The translations under genes and the position numbers were made by a program. Below are positions 30,630 through 40,317 of a stretch of DNA of 64,000 nucleotides, one piece after another (position 1 is the stretch's first letter; every line of letters begins with the position of its first letter). The DNA comes from an uncultured Gemmatimonadales bacterium (GTDB lineage: Bacteria > Gemmatimonadota > Gemmatimonadetes > Longimicrobiales > Gaopeijiaceae): assembly GCA_963809895.1 (NCBI GenBank), contig CAWELD010000003.1, positions 480,001-544,000 of the forward strand, in the 5' to 3' direction. The notes beneath the pieces are model-generated. The model searched no databases, was not told where the DNA came from, and saw only the letters and a list, made by a program, of their open reading frames with translations.

Positions 30630-30905
30630 CCTCCCCGGGGTGGCCAGCAGGGCCCCGCCGAGCGTCACCAGCACCGCCTGGGCTGGCGGGTGAGCCGCTT
30701 CCAGGTCGCCCGCATCGCGCGAATCCCCCGGGCCGCCAGGTCTGCGTCTCGTTGGCGGTCGCGCTCGAACTCGCGCCTCGACGCGGGGAAGGCGTGGCGG
30801 TCGATCGCGGCGGCCTTCTCCAGGGCGAGCGGGCGAAGCTCGGCGGCCAGGTCGTAGATCGTCCAATGTCGAGTCCGCAAGCGCCAGGCCGGTGAAGTCA
30901 GCACG
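30630..30905 (-). pseudogene. remnant of a DUF559 (Vsr-like endonuclease) gene
   Basis: LTSPA..TIYDLAAEL..LEKA joined directly to FERDRQRDADLAARGIRAMRATWKRLT, then a frameshifted AVLVTLGGAL; no N-terminus or start. Confidence 0.6.
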
Positions 30906-31189
30906 TCGGGTGTCCGACTCCACGCCGTGCCGTCTCCACGACCCCCGATCGGCATCGAAGATCGGGCAGCCGATCGGGCGATCACATGCCGCGTTCGGCC
31001 GAATTCGCCTGTGGTCGTGGTACGTGGCCGCATCTGCCCGCGATTGCGAGGCCGGCCCTGCCGCCCGCGAAGCCGGACCGTCTCTGTGGCGCCTGGGTAT
31101 AGGCTTCGTCCCGAACGAGAAGGGGCCGAGCCGCTCATGATCCGGGCGGACCTCGCCCCGGCCGACACGATCACGCCAGGAGGAGCCTC

Positions 31190-31633
31190 ATGAGCGCCGA
31201 GCAGGAAGCCAGCGCCGAGCAGGAAGCCAGCGCGGAGCGGGACGCGAGCGCCGGGCAGGGCGCCACGGGAGGCGGACAGGACGACGACAAGGGTACGGAC
31301 GGGGGTGGAAAGCGGGGCGCCCGCGAGCGCGTGTCCGACGGGTTCCAGCGGAGCCTGGGCGTGCTGTCGGCCTTCAAGGACGCGTTGGAAGAGACCATCA
31401 GCGAGGCCCGCGAACGCGGGGATCTGAGCGCGGAGCGGGCCAAGGAGCTGGCCCGGAAGGCCATGGGCCGTGCCCGGGAAGCGACCTCCGACGCCCGTGA
31501 GCGGTTCGACTTCGTGACCCAGCAGGAATTCGACGATCTGGCCCGGCGCGTGTCGGACCTGGAGGCGCGGGTGAGGGACCGGCTGGGAGGTGGTCCGCCC
31601 TCGGGGGGCTCGGCGTCCGAAGGAGACGAATAG
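31190..31633 (+). CDS. phasin-like (PHA granule-associated / BMFP-like) helical protein
   Basis: AGGAG RBS; ERGDLSAERAKEL, FDFVTQQEFDDLARRVSDLEARV. Confidence 0.6.
   Translation: MSAEQEASAEQEASAERDASAGQGATGGGQDDDKGTDGGGKRGARERVSDGFQRSLGVLSAFKDALEETISEARERGDLSAERAKELARKAMGRAREATSDARERFDFVTQQEFDDLARRVSDLEARVRDRLGGGPPSGGSASEGDE
31193..31264 (+). repeat. 18-bp coding tandem repeat, 4 copies (SAEQEA)
   Basis: AGCGCCGAGCAGGAAGCC twice exact, plus 2 degenerate copies. Confidence 0.85.
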
Positions 31634-31700
31634 GCGGAGGCCATTCCGGGGGCGGGCCGCGGCAAGCGCGACCCGATACGGCTCGTCGCCTGAAGGATCC

Positions 31701-31729
31701 TTGAAGCGGGCCATCGCTTCCTCTATATT
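31701..31729 (+). promoter_or_regulatory. promoter of the rimP-nusA operon
   Basis: TTGAAG, 17 bp, TATATT. Confidence 0.65.
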
Positions 31730-31767
31730 GGTGTGCTCGGACGCGCCGCCGAAATGGCGGCTCTTCG

Positions 31768-31798
31768 AAGTGGGGGAGCGGTTCGCCCCCGCTTTTTT
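31768..31798 (+). terminator. rimP leader attenuator hairpin
   Basis: AAGTGGGGG-agcggttcg-CCCCCGCTT followed by TTTT, between the promoter and rimP. Confidence 0.75.
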
Positions 31799-31849
31799 AT
31801 TCGGTATGGTCCACGTTCCGGGGGATCCGGATGGGACCGGGAGGCGTCC

Positions 31850-32350
31850 ATGGCGAGACCGATTCCAGAGGTCGCCCGGGAGCTCGAAGACCGGGTGACG
31901 GAGCTCGGATTCGACCTCGTGGACGTGGAGTGGGCGGGCGACAGCCGTCGGCCCATCATCCGCGTCAGGATCGACGTGCCCGAGAGTCGGGCCGCCGACG
32001 GGATCGGGGTCAACGTCGACGATTGCGCGACGGTGAGCCGGGGTCTCGAGCCCTGGCTGGATGGGCTGGAAGGCATGCCGGACCGCTACGTGCTGGAGGT
32101 GTCTTCTCCGGGACTGGACCGGCCGCTGAACCGGGCGAGGGATTTCGAACGGTTCGCGGGCGAGCCGGTGGCGGTGAAGGGAGACGGGCTGCTGGCCGGT
32201 CGCGCACGTCGGCTGGAAGGTGAGTTGCTGGGTATGACCACGGACGAGAACGGCCGGGAGCAGGTGCGGTTGCGGCTGCCGGGCGGTGACGAGGTGCTGG
32301 TGCCACGCGAGGAGATCACGGGTGCCCACCTGGTCTTCCGGTGGTCGTGA
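31850..32350 (+). CDS. rimP: ribosome maturation factor RimP
   Basis: GFDLVDVE, VDDCATVSR, YVLEVSSPGLDRPL. Confidence 0.96.
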   Translation: MARPIPEVARELEDRVTELGFDLVDVEWAGDSRRPIIRVRIDVPESRAADGIGVNVDDCATVSRGLEPWLDGLEGMPDRYVLEVSSPGLDRPLNRARDFERFAGEPVAVKGDGLLAGRARRLEGELLGMTTDENGREQVRLRLPGGDEVLVPREEITGAHLVFRWS

Positions 32351-32438
32351 GGTACGAGAGACAGGTCGCGAGGGCAGGAGAGCACGCCGGGCGTGGGCAT
32401 CCTGCGCGCATCCAGGCCCAAGGCATCGAGAGGAACAC

Positions 32439-34007
32439 ATGGCGAACGCCGGACAGATCGTGGCTGCGCTCCGCGACATCGGGGCCACCAAGGACCTGTC
32501 GCCGGACGAGGTCCAGGATCTCCTCAAGGACGGGATCCTCGCGGGTCTGGTGAAGCTCTACGGCCCCAACGTCGAGGCCGAGATCGACATCGACGAGTCC
32601 ACGGGCGAGGTGGAGATCATCGTTCTTCGTCGCGTGGTCGAGGAGGTCGAGGATCCCTCCAGCGAGATCTCGCTCGAGGAGGCTCGCTGGGACGATCCGG
32701 GCTTCGAGATCGGCGATGTCATGGAGATTCCGGTGGAGTTCACCCAGTTCGGCCGGAACGCCGTGATGGCCATGAAGCAGCGCATCGTTCAGCGGGTGCG
32801 CGAGAACGAGCGCGAGCGCATCCGCGACGAGTTCGCCGATCGGGTGGGTGAGCTCCTCTCGGGCGAGGTCCAGCAGATCGAGCGCGGCAAGATCGTGGTC
32901 ATGCTCAACCGTGCCCGCGACGCCGACGCCATCATCCCCTGGAAGGATCAGAACCCGCGGGAGCGGTTCCGTCAGGGGGATCCCATTCGTGCGGTCCTGA
33001 AGAAGGTCGAGGAGACCCCGAAGGGCCCCCGGCTGATTCTGTCGCGGGCGGATCCCCTGTTCGTTGCGGCCCTCTTCAAGCTGGAGGTTCCGGAGATCTA
33101 CCAGGGGATCGTGGAGATCAAGGAGATCGCCCGGGAGGTGGGCGGCCGCACGAAGATCGCCGTCTTCAGTCGGGACGAGTCCATCGATCCGGTGGGCGCC
33201 TGCGTGGGGCTCAAGGGATCGCGCGTGCAGGCGGTGGTGTCGGAGCTCGGTGGTGAGCGCATCGACATCGTGCCGTGGCACCCGGAGCCCGAGGTCTTCG
33301 CCCGGCGCGCGCTGGCCCCGGCCCGCGTGTCGCGGGTGATGTCCGATCCCGGTCGCCAGGTCATCACCGCCATCGTCGACGAGGATCAGCTGTCGCTGGC
33401 CATCGGCCGCAACGGACAGAACGTGCGCCTGGCCTCGCAGCTCATCGGATGGCAGATCGACCTCTACGGATCCCGGGAGTGGCTCGAGCGGGGCGCCGAG
33501 TTCCCCCTGTTCGCCGAGCGGGAGGAGGATCAGTACGAGACGGCGGATTTCCCGCTTTCAGAGCTGGATATCAGCGAGTCCGCTCTGGCGGCTCTGGAAG
33601 GGGCCGGTTACAGTACTTTTCTCGACATCATCGACCTGGAGAGGGCCGATTTCCTCAGGACCGACGGCCTTTCCGAGGGTGACGCCGACCGGTTGCTGGA
33701 GCTCATCGACCAGTTGACGGTCGTGGAGAACGAGGCTTCCGCTGCCAAGGCCGAGAGCGCTGAGGACGAGGAAGCGGACGCTGCCGGCGGAGACGGGTCC
33801 GAGGCCGATGACGAGGACGCCGGCGCCGAGAGCGACGACACCGAAGACGAAGGCGCCGCCGCCGAATCCGACGAGGACGAGGACGCCGACGAAAGCGACG
33901 ACGCCGAAGACGACGACGCCGCGGACGCCGATGACGACGCCGCCGCCGAAGGCGATGAGGCCGACGACGAAGGCGAGACGGATGAGGACGACGAGCGGGA
34001 GGGCTGA
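32439..34007 (+). CDS. nusA: transcription factor NusA with a long acidic tail
   Basis: FGRNAV, LILSRAD, LEVPEI, DPVGACVGLKGSRV, LSLAIGRNGQNVRLA. Confidence 0.97.
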   Translation: MANAGQIVAALRDIGATKDLSPDEVQDLLKDGILAGLVKLYGPNVEAEIDIDESTGEVEIIVLRRVVEEVEDPSSEISLEEARWDDPGFEIGDVMEIPVEFTQFGRNAVMAMKQRIVQRVRENERERIRDEFADRVGELLSGEVQQIERGKIVVMLNRARDADAIIPWKDQNPRERFRQGDPIRAVLKKVEETPKGPRLILSRADPLFVAALFKLEVPEIYQGIVEIKEIAREVGGRTKIAVFSRDESIDPVGACVGLKGSRVQAVVSELGGERIDIVPWHPEPEVFARRALAPARVSRVMSDPGRQVITAIVDEDQLSLAIGRNGQNVRLASQLIGWQIDLYGSREWLERGAEFPLFAEREEDQYETADFPLSELDISESALAALEGAGYSTFLDIIDLERADFLRTDGLSEGDADRLLELIDQLTVVENEASAAKAESAEDEEADAAGGDGSEADDEDAGAESDDTEDEGAAAESDEDEDADESDDAEDDDAADADDDAAAEGDEADDEGETDEDDEREG

Positions 34008-34359
34008 GACCCTCCAGTTGCTCGGGCTCGCCCACCGAGCGGGACGGGTGGTGCGCGGGACCGACGCCGTTCGCAGGGGACTGAGGGCGGGGGAGGTCCG
34101 ATTGGCGCTTACCGCGCGTGATGCGTCGCCGGTGCAGCTCGAGAAGATCGAGGGGCTCCTGCTCGCACGGGGGGTCCCTCGGATCGTCGCGGGTTCCGGC
34201 GCCGAGCTCGGCGCCGCTCTCGGGAGCTCCCCGCTGTCGGCAGTGGGCGTGACGGATGAAGGTTGGGCGGAGCGGCTCCAGAGGGAGTCGCCCGCGACTG
34301 CGGAGCCGGACGAGTCCGGACCGCGAGATTCGGAGGACGACCAGACGTATGCGGGTTGA
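33982..34359 (+). CDS. L7Ae/L30e-family RNA-binding protein (YlxQ-like); start uncertain
   Basis: LLGLAHRAGRVVRG.DAV, ARDAS, ELGAALG....AVGVTD; located between nusA and infB. Confidence 0.85.
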   Translation: MRTTSGRAETLQLLGLAHRAGRVVRGTDAVRRGLRAGEVRLALTARDASPVQLEKIEGLLLARGVPRIVAGSGAELGAALGSSPLSAVGVTDEGWAERLQRESPATAEPDESGPRDSEDDQTYAG

Positions 34360-37066
34360 AGAGCTAGCGAAGGACCTCAAGGTGAAGCCGGACGCGCTTC
34401 TACATCTTCTCCGGGAGATGAGGATCGCCGTGTCCGACGCTTCGGCATCGCTGTCGGATGCCGACGTCGCGCGGGTCCTCGCCCGGGTGGAGAGGGAGCG
34501 GCGAGCCGGTAAGAAGGACGCCTCCGCCGCCGTGCAGGCGGCCATAGAGGAGGCCTCCTCGGGGCCCCGCCGTCGCCGTCGTCGCCGTCGCGCGCCGGAA
34601 CCGGATGAAGCCGACGAGGGCGAAGAGCCCGACGAGGACGACGAGGCGGAAGCGGCGGAAGCGGCGGAAGCCGACGAGGCCGAGGCCGAGGCGGACGTCG
34701 AGGTCGAGGAGGTCTCCGTCGAAGAGGAGGCCGAGACCGTCGAGGCGGAATCCGAGGCCGACGAGGAAGAGGAAGCCGAGGACGTCGTGTCCGAGGCCGA
34801 CGACGAGGAGGAGGTCGAGGAGGAAGCGGCGGAGGCCGAGGAGGAGCCCGAAGAGGAAGCGGAGCTCGACGTCGAGGGCGAAGCCGACGAAGAGGAGGAG
34901 CCGGGTGCCGAGGCCGACGAGTCCGAAGAGGACGAGGACCAGCCGGCAGGTGTGAAGCCCCAGCCCGTGCGCCGGGGTGCCCCCGACGGTCCGGTCCGCT
35001 CCATCCGCAAGCCCACGCCGGCCGCCAGCGCCGGACCGGGCGGCACGGTCCGGATCCAGGCCGAGGGCTACACCACCGACGGTCGCCGTAAGCGGAAGGA
35101 CCGCAAGAAGAAGCGGCAGCGGGTGGACCAGGACGCGGTGCAGGAGAACCTCCAGCGCGTCATGGCGGAGCTCAAGGGCGGCGGCAGCAGCAGCAAGAAG
35201 CGCCGCCGCAAGGGTGAACGGGTCAGTCGCGAAGAGCAGGAGCTTCGCGAGATCGAGGAGCAGGAGGAGATCGAGCGCGAGTCCAAGACGGTCCGCGTGA
35301 ACGAGTTCCTCACGGTTGCCGAGCTGGCCGAGCTCATCGATATGCCCGCTGCGCAGATCGTCGGCGCGGCGTTCAAGAACCTCGGGCTCATGGTCACCAT
35401 CAATCAGCGCCTGGACTTCGACCAGATCGAGCTTCTGCTCGACGAGTTCGGCTTCACCGCCGTGCGCGAGGAGGCCTACGCCGCCGGTGAGGAAGCCGAG
35501 GAAGAGGAGGTCGAGGATCCGGAGAGCCTGAAGCCGCGGCCGCCGGTGGTCACGGTGATGGGCCACGTGGACCACGGAAAGACCTTGCTCCTCGACCGGG
35601 TCCGCAAGACGAACGTGGTCGCGGGCGAGGCCGGGGGCATCACGCAGCACATCGGTGCGTACCACGTGCAGCTGCCGGACTCCCGCAGCATCACCTTCCT
35701 GGACACCCCGGGACACGCGGCCTTCACCGCCATGCGTGCGCGAGGCGCCGACGTCACGGACATCGTCATCCTCGTGGTCGCGGCCGACGACTCGGTCATG
35801 CCGCAGACCATCGAGGCCATCAGCCACGCCAAGAACGCCGGCGTGCCGCTCATCGTGGCGGTGAACAAGGTGGACCTGCCCGCGGCCAACGCGGCCCGGG
35901 TGAAGCAGGAGCTCCTCCAGCACGACGTGCAGGTGGAGGACTTCGGCGGTGACGTGCTGTCGGCCGAGATCTCCGCCAAGACCGGCCAGGGCGTGGAAGA
36001 CCTGCTGGAGAAGGTGCTCCTGCAGGCCGAGATCCTCGAGCTCAAGGCCAACCCCGATCGTGAAGCGCAGGGCACGGTCATCGAGGCCCAGCTGGACGTC
36101 GGCAAGGGGCCCGTGGTGACCGTTCTCGTGCAGAAGGGCACGCTGGAGGTCGGAGACGACTTCCTGGTGGGGCTCTACGGCGGTCGCGTCCGTGCCATGC
36201 TCGACGAGCGCGGCAACACGGTGGAGTCGGCTGGACCGGGCGTCCCGGTGCAGATCCTGGGGGCCGGCGGCGTGCCGCAGGCCGGTGACACCTTCCAGGT
36301 CATGGAAGCCGACCGGGCCGCCGAGATCGCCGGCAATCGGCAGCGCCTGGAGCGTGAGAAGCAGCTCCGCATCAAGGAACGCGGGGTCAAGCTGGGCGAC
36401 TTCAGCCAGCTCATGGCCGAAGGCGCGACCGGCACGTTGCCTCTCATCATCAAGGGTGACGTGGACGGTTCGGTGCAGGCCGTGGCCGACGCTCTGGAGC
36501 AACTGGGCACCGAGGAAGTCCAGGTCGAGATCGTTCACCGCGGCGTGGGTGCCATCAACGAGTCCGATGTCTTGCTGGCGGAGACCGCCGGAGCCGTCAT
36601 CATCGGCTTCCGCGTGCGCCCCGGCTCGGACACGCGGCAGCTGGCCGAGCGCTCCGGGGTGGACATCCAGACCTACGACGTCATCTACAACGCGGTCGAC
36701 GACATCCGGGCCGCGTTGGAAGGCATGCTCTCGCCCGAGCAGCGCGAGGAGATCCTCGGGTCCGCCGAGGTCCGCGAGGTGTTCAAGATCTCCCGCGTGG
36801 GCACGGTCGCCGGCTGCTACGTCACCGACGGCGTCATCGACCGCAAGGCTCGCGCCCGGGTGATCCGCGACGGCATCGTGATCTACGACGGGGAGTTCGC
36901 ATCGCTCAAGCGCTTCAAGGACGACGTCAAGGAGGTCCGGGAGGGCTTCGAGTGCGGCATCGGCATCACCAACTTCAACGATGTGAAGGTGGGTGACGTC
37001 ATCGAATGCTATCGGGTCGAAGAAGTGGCGCGGACGCTGGCCAGCTCGGCCGAGGGTCGCGGCTGA
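34349..37066 (+). CDS. infB: translation initiation factor IF-2
   Basis: [63 protein letters not shown]. Confidence 0.98.
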   Translation: MRVEELAKDLKVKPDALLHLLREMRIAVSDASASLSDADVARVLARVERERRAGKKDASAAVQAAIEEASSGPRRRRRRRRAPEPDEADEGEEPDEDDEAEAAEAAEADEAEAEADVEVEEVSVEEEAETVEAESEADEEEEAEDVVSEADDEEEVEEEAAEAEEEPEEEAELDVEGEADEEEEPGAEADESEEDEDQPAGVKPQPVRRGAPDGPVRSIRKPTPAASAGPGGTVRIQAEGYTTDGRRKRKDRKKKRQRVDQDAVQENLQRVMAELKGGGSSSKKRRRKGERVSREEQELREIEEQEEIERESKTVRVNEFLTVAELAELIDMPAAQIVGAAFKNLGLMVTINQRLDFDQIELLLDEFGFTAVREEAYAAGEEAEEEEVEDPESLKPRPPVVTVMGHVDHGKTLLLDRVRKTNVVAGEAGGITQHIGAYHVQLPDSRSITFLDTPGHAAFTAMRARGADVTDIVILVVAADDSVMPQTIEAISHAKNAGVPLIVAVNKVDLPAANAARVKQELLQHDVQVEDFGGDVLSAEISAKTGQGVEDLLEKVLLQAEILELKANPDREAQGTVIEAQLDVGKGPVVTVLVQKGTLEVGDDFLVGLYGGRVRAMLDERGNTVESAGPGVPVQILGAGGVPQAGDTFQVMEADRAAEIAGNRQRLEREKQLRIKERGVKLGDFSQLMAEGATGTLPLIIKGDVDGSVQAVADALEQLGTEEVQVEIVHRGVGAINESDVLLAETAGAVIIGFRVRPGSDTRQLAERSGVDIQTYDVIYNAVDDIRAALEGMLSPEQREEILGSAEVREVFKISRVGTVAGCYVTDGVIDRKARARVIRDGIVIYDGEFASLKRFKDDVKEVREGFECGIGITNFNDVKVGDVIECYRVEEVARTLASSAEGRG

Positions 37067-37124
37067 CCGCATCCTCCACGCCGCTCGCCCGGTCCGGGGC
37101 GGCTCGTCCAGCCGGCGCGCACCT

Positions 37125-37406
37125 GTGATCATCGGCGTCCAGACCTTCGTCCTCGGCCTGCCAGGCTGCCGCTCCCTGAAGGAGAAGCGCATGGTGGTGA
37201 AGTCCCTCAAGGACCGCATCCGCCATCGCTTCAATGTTTCGGTGGCCGAGACCGGAAGTCAGGACGTGTGGACGCGCGCCGAGGTGACCGTGGCCGCGGT
37301 CTGTGCCGACCGCGCCCTTGCCGATGCGCTTCTGGACCGGGTCGACCGCTTCGTCGAGGAGGATGGCCGGGTCGTCATGAGCGGCGTTGAACGCGAGCTC
37401 TTTTGA
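37125..37406 (+). CDS. DUF503 (YlxP) protein
   Basis: SLKEKRMVVKSLKDRIRHRFNVSVAE; position between infB and rbfA. Confidence 0.88.
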   Translation: MIIGVQTFVLGLPGCRSLKEKRMVVKSLKDRIRHRFNVSVAETGSQDVWTRAEVTVAAVCADRALADALLDRVDRFVEEDGRVVMSGVERELF

Positions 37407-37448
37407 CCCCGACCCCTTCCGCTTCCTTCCTTCGAGCCAGATTTCGAG

Positions 37449-37835
37449 ATGCCCAGCCGCCGCATCGAGCGATTGAACGAGCAGCTCAAGCGAGAGATCG
37501 CGAGCCTGCTCCGGACCCGGGTCCGCGACCCCCGGCTACAGCGTGTCACCGTCACCGCGGTGCGTGCGGCTCCGGACCTGACCTTCGCTCGCGTGCTCGT
37601 GCGGATGCCCGTGGACGAAGAGAGCGTCCGCCGCGAAGGGCTCGAGGGCCTCGAGGCGGCGGCTCCCTTCCTGCGCCGGGCCCTCGGACAGGAGCTGCAG
37701 ATCCGCCGTGTCCCCGAACTCGACTTCCAGGTCGACACGACGCTGGAGAGGGCGGCGCGCATCGAGGAGATCCTCAACGAGGTCCGGCCTGACGAAGGGT
37801 GGGATTCGGAGCCCGAGGGGGGAGAGCCGGAGTGA
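37449..37835 (+). CDS. rbfA: ribosome-binding factor A
   Basis: RIERLNEQLKREIA, DPRL, PDLTFARV, IRRVPELDFQVD. Confidence 0.96.
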   Translation: MPSRRIERLNEQLKREIASLLRTRVRDPRLQRVTVTAVRAAPDLTFARVLVRMPVDEESVRREGLEGLEAAAPFLRRALGQELQIRRVPELDFQVDTTLERAARIEEILNEVRPDEGWDSEPEGGEPE

Positions 37836-38734
37836 CACGGTCGGGGGAGGAGGGCGGCATCCTCCTGGTGGACAAGCCGACGGGTCCCACCTCGCACGAC
37901 GTGGTGGCCCGGGCGCGCAAAGCACTGGGGACCCGGCGCGTCGGACACACCGGAACCCTGGACCCCCTCGCCTCGGGCCTGCTGGTCCTGGTCGTGGGAT
38001 CGGCCACCCGCCTCTCCGACGCTCTCACCGGGCTCGCCAAGACCTACGTCGCGGAAGCCCGCCTGGGTGTGACCACCGACACGTTGGACCTCGAGGGAGA
38101 GGTCACGGCCCGCCGCTCGGGCTGGGAGGGGCTGGGGCAAGGGGACCTCGCCGCCGCCCTGGAGGCCCTGGCCGGAGAGAGCCTGCAGGTGCCGCCCGCC
38201 TACTCGGCGAAGAAGGTGGCAGGCGAGGCCGCCCATCGGCGCGCGCGTCGGGGCGAGAAGGTGACGCTGGCGCCGGTCCCGGTCACCGTGCACGAGATCG
38301 GCCTCGTGTCGGTGGACCTTCCCCTGGTCCGTTTCCGGGTGCGCTGTTCGTCGGGCACGTACGTGCGTGCGTTGGCCCGCGACCTGGGTGAAGCCCTGGG
38401 CGTGGGCGCGCATCTCACGGCGCTGCGCAGGATCTCCGTGGGTCCCTTCGAGGTGGACGCCGCCGCCCATCTCACCGCGATGGACCAGGCAACCGATACC
38501 GCCTGGCGGACGCCGCTTCAGGCCCTCGAGGCCGTGGGCATGCCCATGGTGCGCGTGGACCGTGACGACGTCCACCGCCTGGTGACGGGCCAGGCCATCG
38601 AGCTCCAGGGCCACGACGAGCTCGAGGGTCCGACGGCCGCCGCCGACGCTGACGGTCTTGTGGCGTTGGGTGAAGTGAGCGGACGCAGCTTCAGGCCGCG
38701 CAAGGTCTTCCGGCGCAGCGAGGCCCTCTCCTGA
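37832..38734 (+). CDS. truB: tRNA pseudouridine(55) synthase
   Basis: DKPTGPTSHDVV, VGHTGTLDPLASG, PPAYSAKK, CSSGTYVRAL. Confidence 0.96.
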   Translation: MTRSGEEGGILLVDKPTGPTSHDVVARARKALGTRRVGHTGTLDPLASGLLVLVVGSATRLSDALTGLAKTYVAEARLGVTTDTLDLEGEVTARRSGWEGLGQGDLAAALEALAGESLQVPPAYSAKKVAGEAAHRRARRGEKVTLAPVPVTVHEIGLVSVDLPLVRFRVRCSSGTYVRALARDLGEALGVGAHLTALRRISVGPFEVDAAAHLTAMDQATDTAWRTPLQALEAVGMPMVRVDRDDVHRLVTGQAIELQGHDELEGPTAAADADGLVALGEVSGRSFRPRKVFRRSEALS

Positions 38735-39729
38735 TGCATCGCTCTCAGCGTCCGGAGCGCGGGCGGCCGCTCCCCGGAGATCGCGGTACGGTGGTCACCG
38801 TGGGCACCTTCGACGGCGTCCATCGCGGGCACTGGGCCGTGCTGCAGGAGATCCGGCAGCGCGCCCGGGCCACGGGGCGCCGGAGCGTGCTCCTCACCTT
38901 CCATCCGCATCCGCTTCGCATCGTGCGGCCGGAGGCGGCGCCCCTGCTGCTCACCACGCCGGTGGAGAAGAAGGAGATCCTGGCCGAGAGCGGGCTGGAC
39001 TACGCGGTCTTCCTGCGCTTCACGACCGAGCTGTCTCGCTACACTCCCGAGCGCTTCGTACGGGAGATCCTGGTGGGCCGGCTGGGTGTGGACGAGCTGG
39101 TGATCGGCTACGACCACGGCTTCGGCCGCGGGCGCACGGGCGACGCCGACACGCTCAGGGAAGTCGGCAGGGAAGCAGGCTTCACCGTCGATGTGGTGCC
39201 CCCGGTGGAGGCCGGTGGCGACGCGGTGTCCTCCACCCGCATCCGCCAGGCGGTGGCGGCCGCGGACATGGGCGAGGCGCGCCGGGGTCTTGGCCGGCCG
39301 TACAGCGTCCGGGGCGTCGTGGTGAGGGGCGATGGACGCGGCAGGCAGCTCGGTTTTCCCACGGCCAATCTGGGCGGCATCGACGCGGAGAAGCTGATCC
39401 CCCCTGCCGGCATCTACGCCGTGCGCGGCGCCACCCGGGCCGGCGTCTTCGACGGGGCCCTGCACCTGGGGCCGCGGCCGACGTTCCAGGGCGCGCCTCC
39501 CACCATCGAGTTGCACCTGCTGGACTTCGACGGAGATCTCTACGGCGAGGAGGTGCGCGTGGACTTCATCGAGTATCTACGTGGCGTGCTTCCCTTCGAT
39601 TCGGCGGAAGCGCTGGTGGGCCAGATGCGCGACGACGTCGAGCGGGCGCGCGACGTGCTGACGCGCGACGACGCGGAATCCCCCGAAAATGCCGCCGGAC
39701 GGGTTGCCACCGGCGAGTCGTTTGACTAG
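38734..39729 (+). CDS. ribF: riboflavin kinase / FAD synthetase
   Basis: GTFDGVHRGH, VSSTRIR, GRQLGFPTAN, GPRPTF, E.HLLDF.GDLYG. Confidence 0.96.
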   Translation: MHRSQRPERGRPLPGDRGTVVTVGTFDGVHRGHWAVLQEIRQRARATGRRSVLLTFHPHPLRIVRPEAAPLLLTTPVEKKEILAESGLDYAVFLRFTTELSRYTPERFVREILVGRLGVDELVIGYDHGFGRGRTGDADTLREVGREAGFTVDVVPPVEAGGDAVSSTRIRQAVAAADMGEARRGLGRPYSVRGVVVRGDGRGRQLGFPTANLGGIDAEKLIPPAGIYAVRGATRAGVFDGALHLGPRPTFQGAPPTIELHLLDFDGDLYGEEVRVDFIEYLRGVLPFDSAEALVGQMRDDVERARDVLTRDDAESPENAAGRVATGESFD

Positions 39730-39732
39730 CCT
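39704..39732 (+). promoter_or_regulatory. putative rpsO promoter
   Basis: TTGCCA, 17 bp, TAGCCT. Confidence 0.55.
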
Positions 39733-39801
39733 AAAAGGCTGAAACGCCAACGGACTACGGTCCCCAGCTTCCCTTGCAGCGCAGACTCCTGCGGAGGCAG
39801 A

Positions 39802-40062
39802 ATGAGCATCGACAAGGACGCAATCATCAAGAAGCACCAGCTCCACGAGGGTGACGTGGGCAGCGCGCCGGTTCAGATCGCGCTCCTCACGGCTCGCATC
39901 GAGGACCTGCGGCAGCACTTCGACGCGCACAAGAAGGACCACCACAGCCGTCGTGGGCTGCTCAAGATGGTCGGACGCCGCCGTCGCCTCCTGGAGTACT
40001 TGAGGAACAGCGATCTGGAGCGGTATCGCGAGCTCATCGCGGATCTGGGCCTGCGGCACTAG
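39802..40062 (+). CDS. rpsO: 30S ribosomal protein S15
   Basis: [35 protein letters not shown]. Confidence 0.98.
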   Translation: MSIDKDAIIKKHQLHEGDVGSAPVQIALLTARIEDLRQHFDAHKKDHHSRRGLLKMVGRRRRLLEYLRNSDLERYRELIADLGLRH

Positions 40063-40317
40063 GATCGGCAGCGGCGGTCACCCACGCGGTGGTCGCCGTT
40101 TCCGTATTTCCGCCGGCGAGCGGGAGGACCTGTCGGATCCCGCGCCCTCGGGCGCGCGGTCTCCGTCTCCCCGTGTCGTCCGGCGATGAGGAGTCCACGA
40201 CCCCGGCGGGAACGTCCCGTGCGGGTGAGACTCCGCCGCCGCGCCTCCATCGTGGAGGTCCCGGCGTGTGAGATCCCAGTCGGTGCACGAGCACCGGACG
40301 ACGACATGGATGGAAGA

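Noticed and set aside
30665..32527. 620-aa minus-strand ORF
   Set aside because: Mostly antisense to the phasin-like gene and rimP; only the last ~80 codons resemble a DUF559 remnant.
33808..33981. Thr/Pro-rich mucin-like N-terminus on the L7Ae protein
   Set aside because: Alternative-frame reading of the acidic nusA tail.
34400..37234. 944-aa antisense ORF opposite infB, and similar long antisense ORFs over serS, pcrA, proS and rpsB
   Set aside because: Shadow frames expected in high-GC coding DNA; no recognisable motifs; fully overlap well-supported genes.
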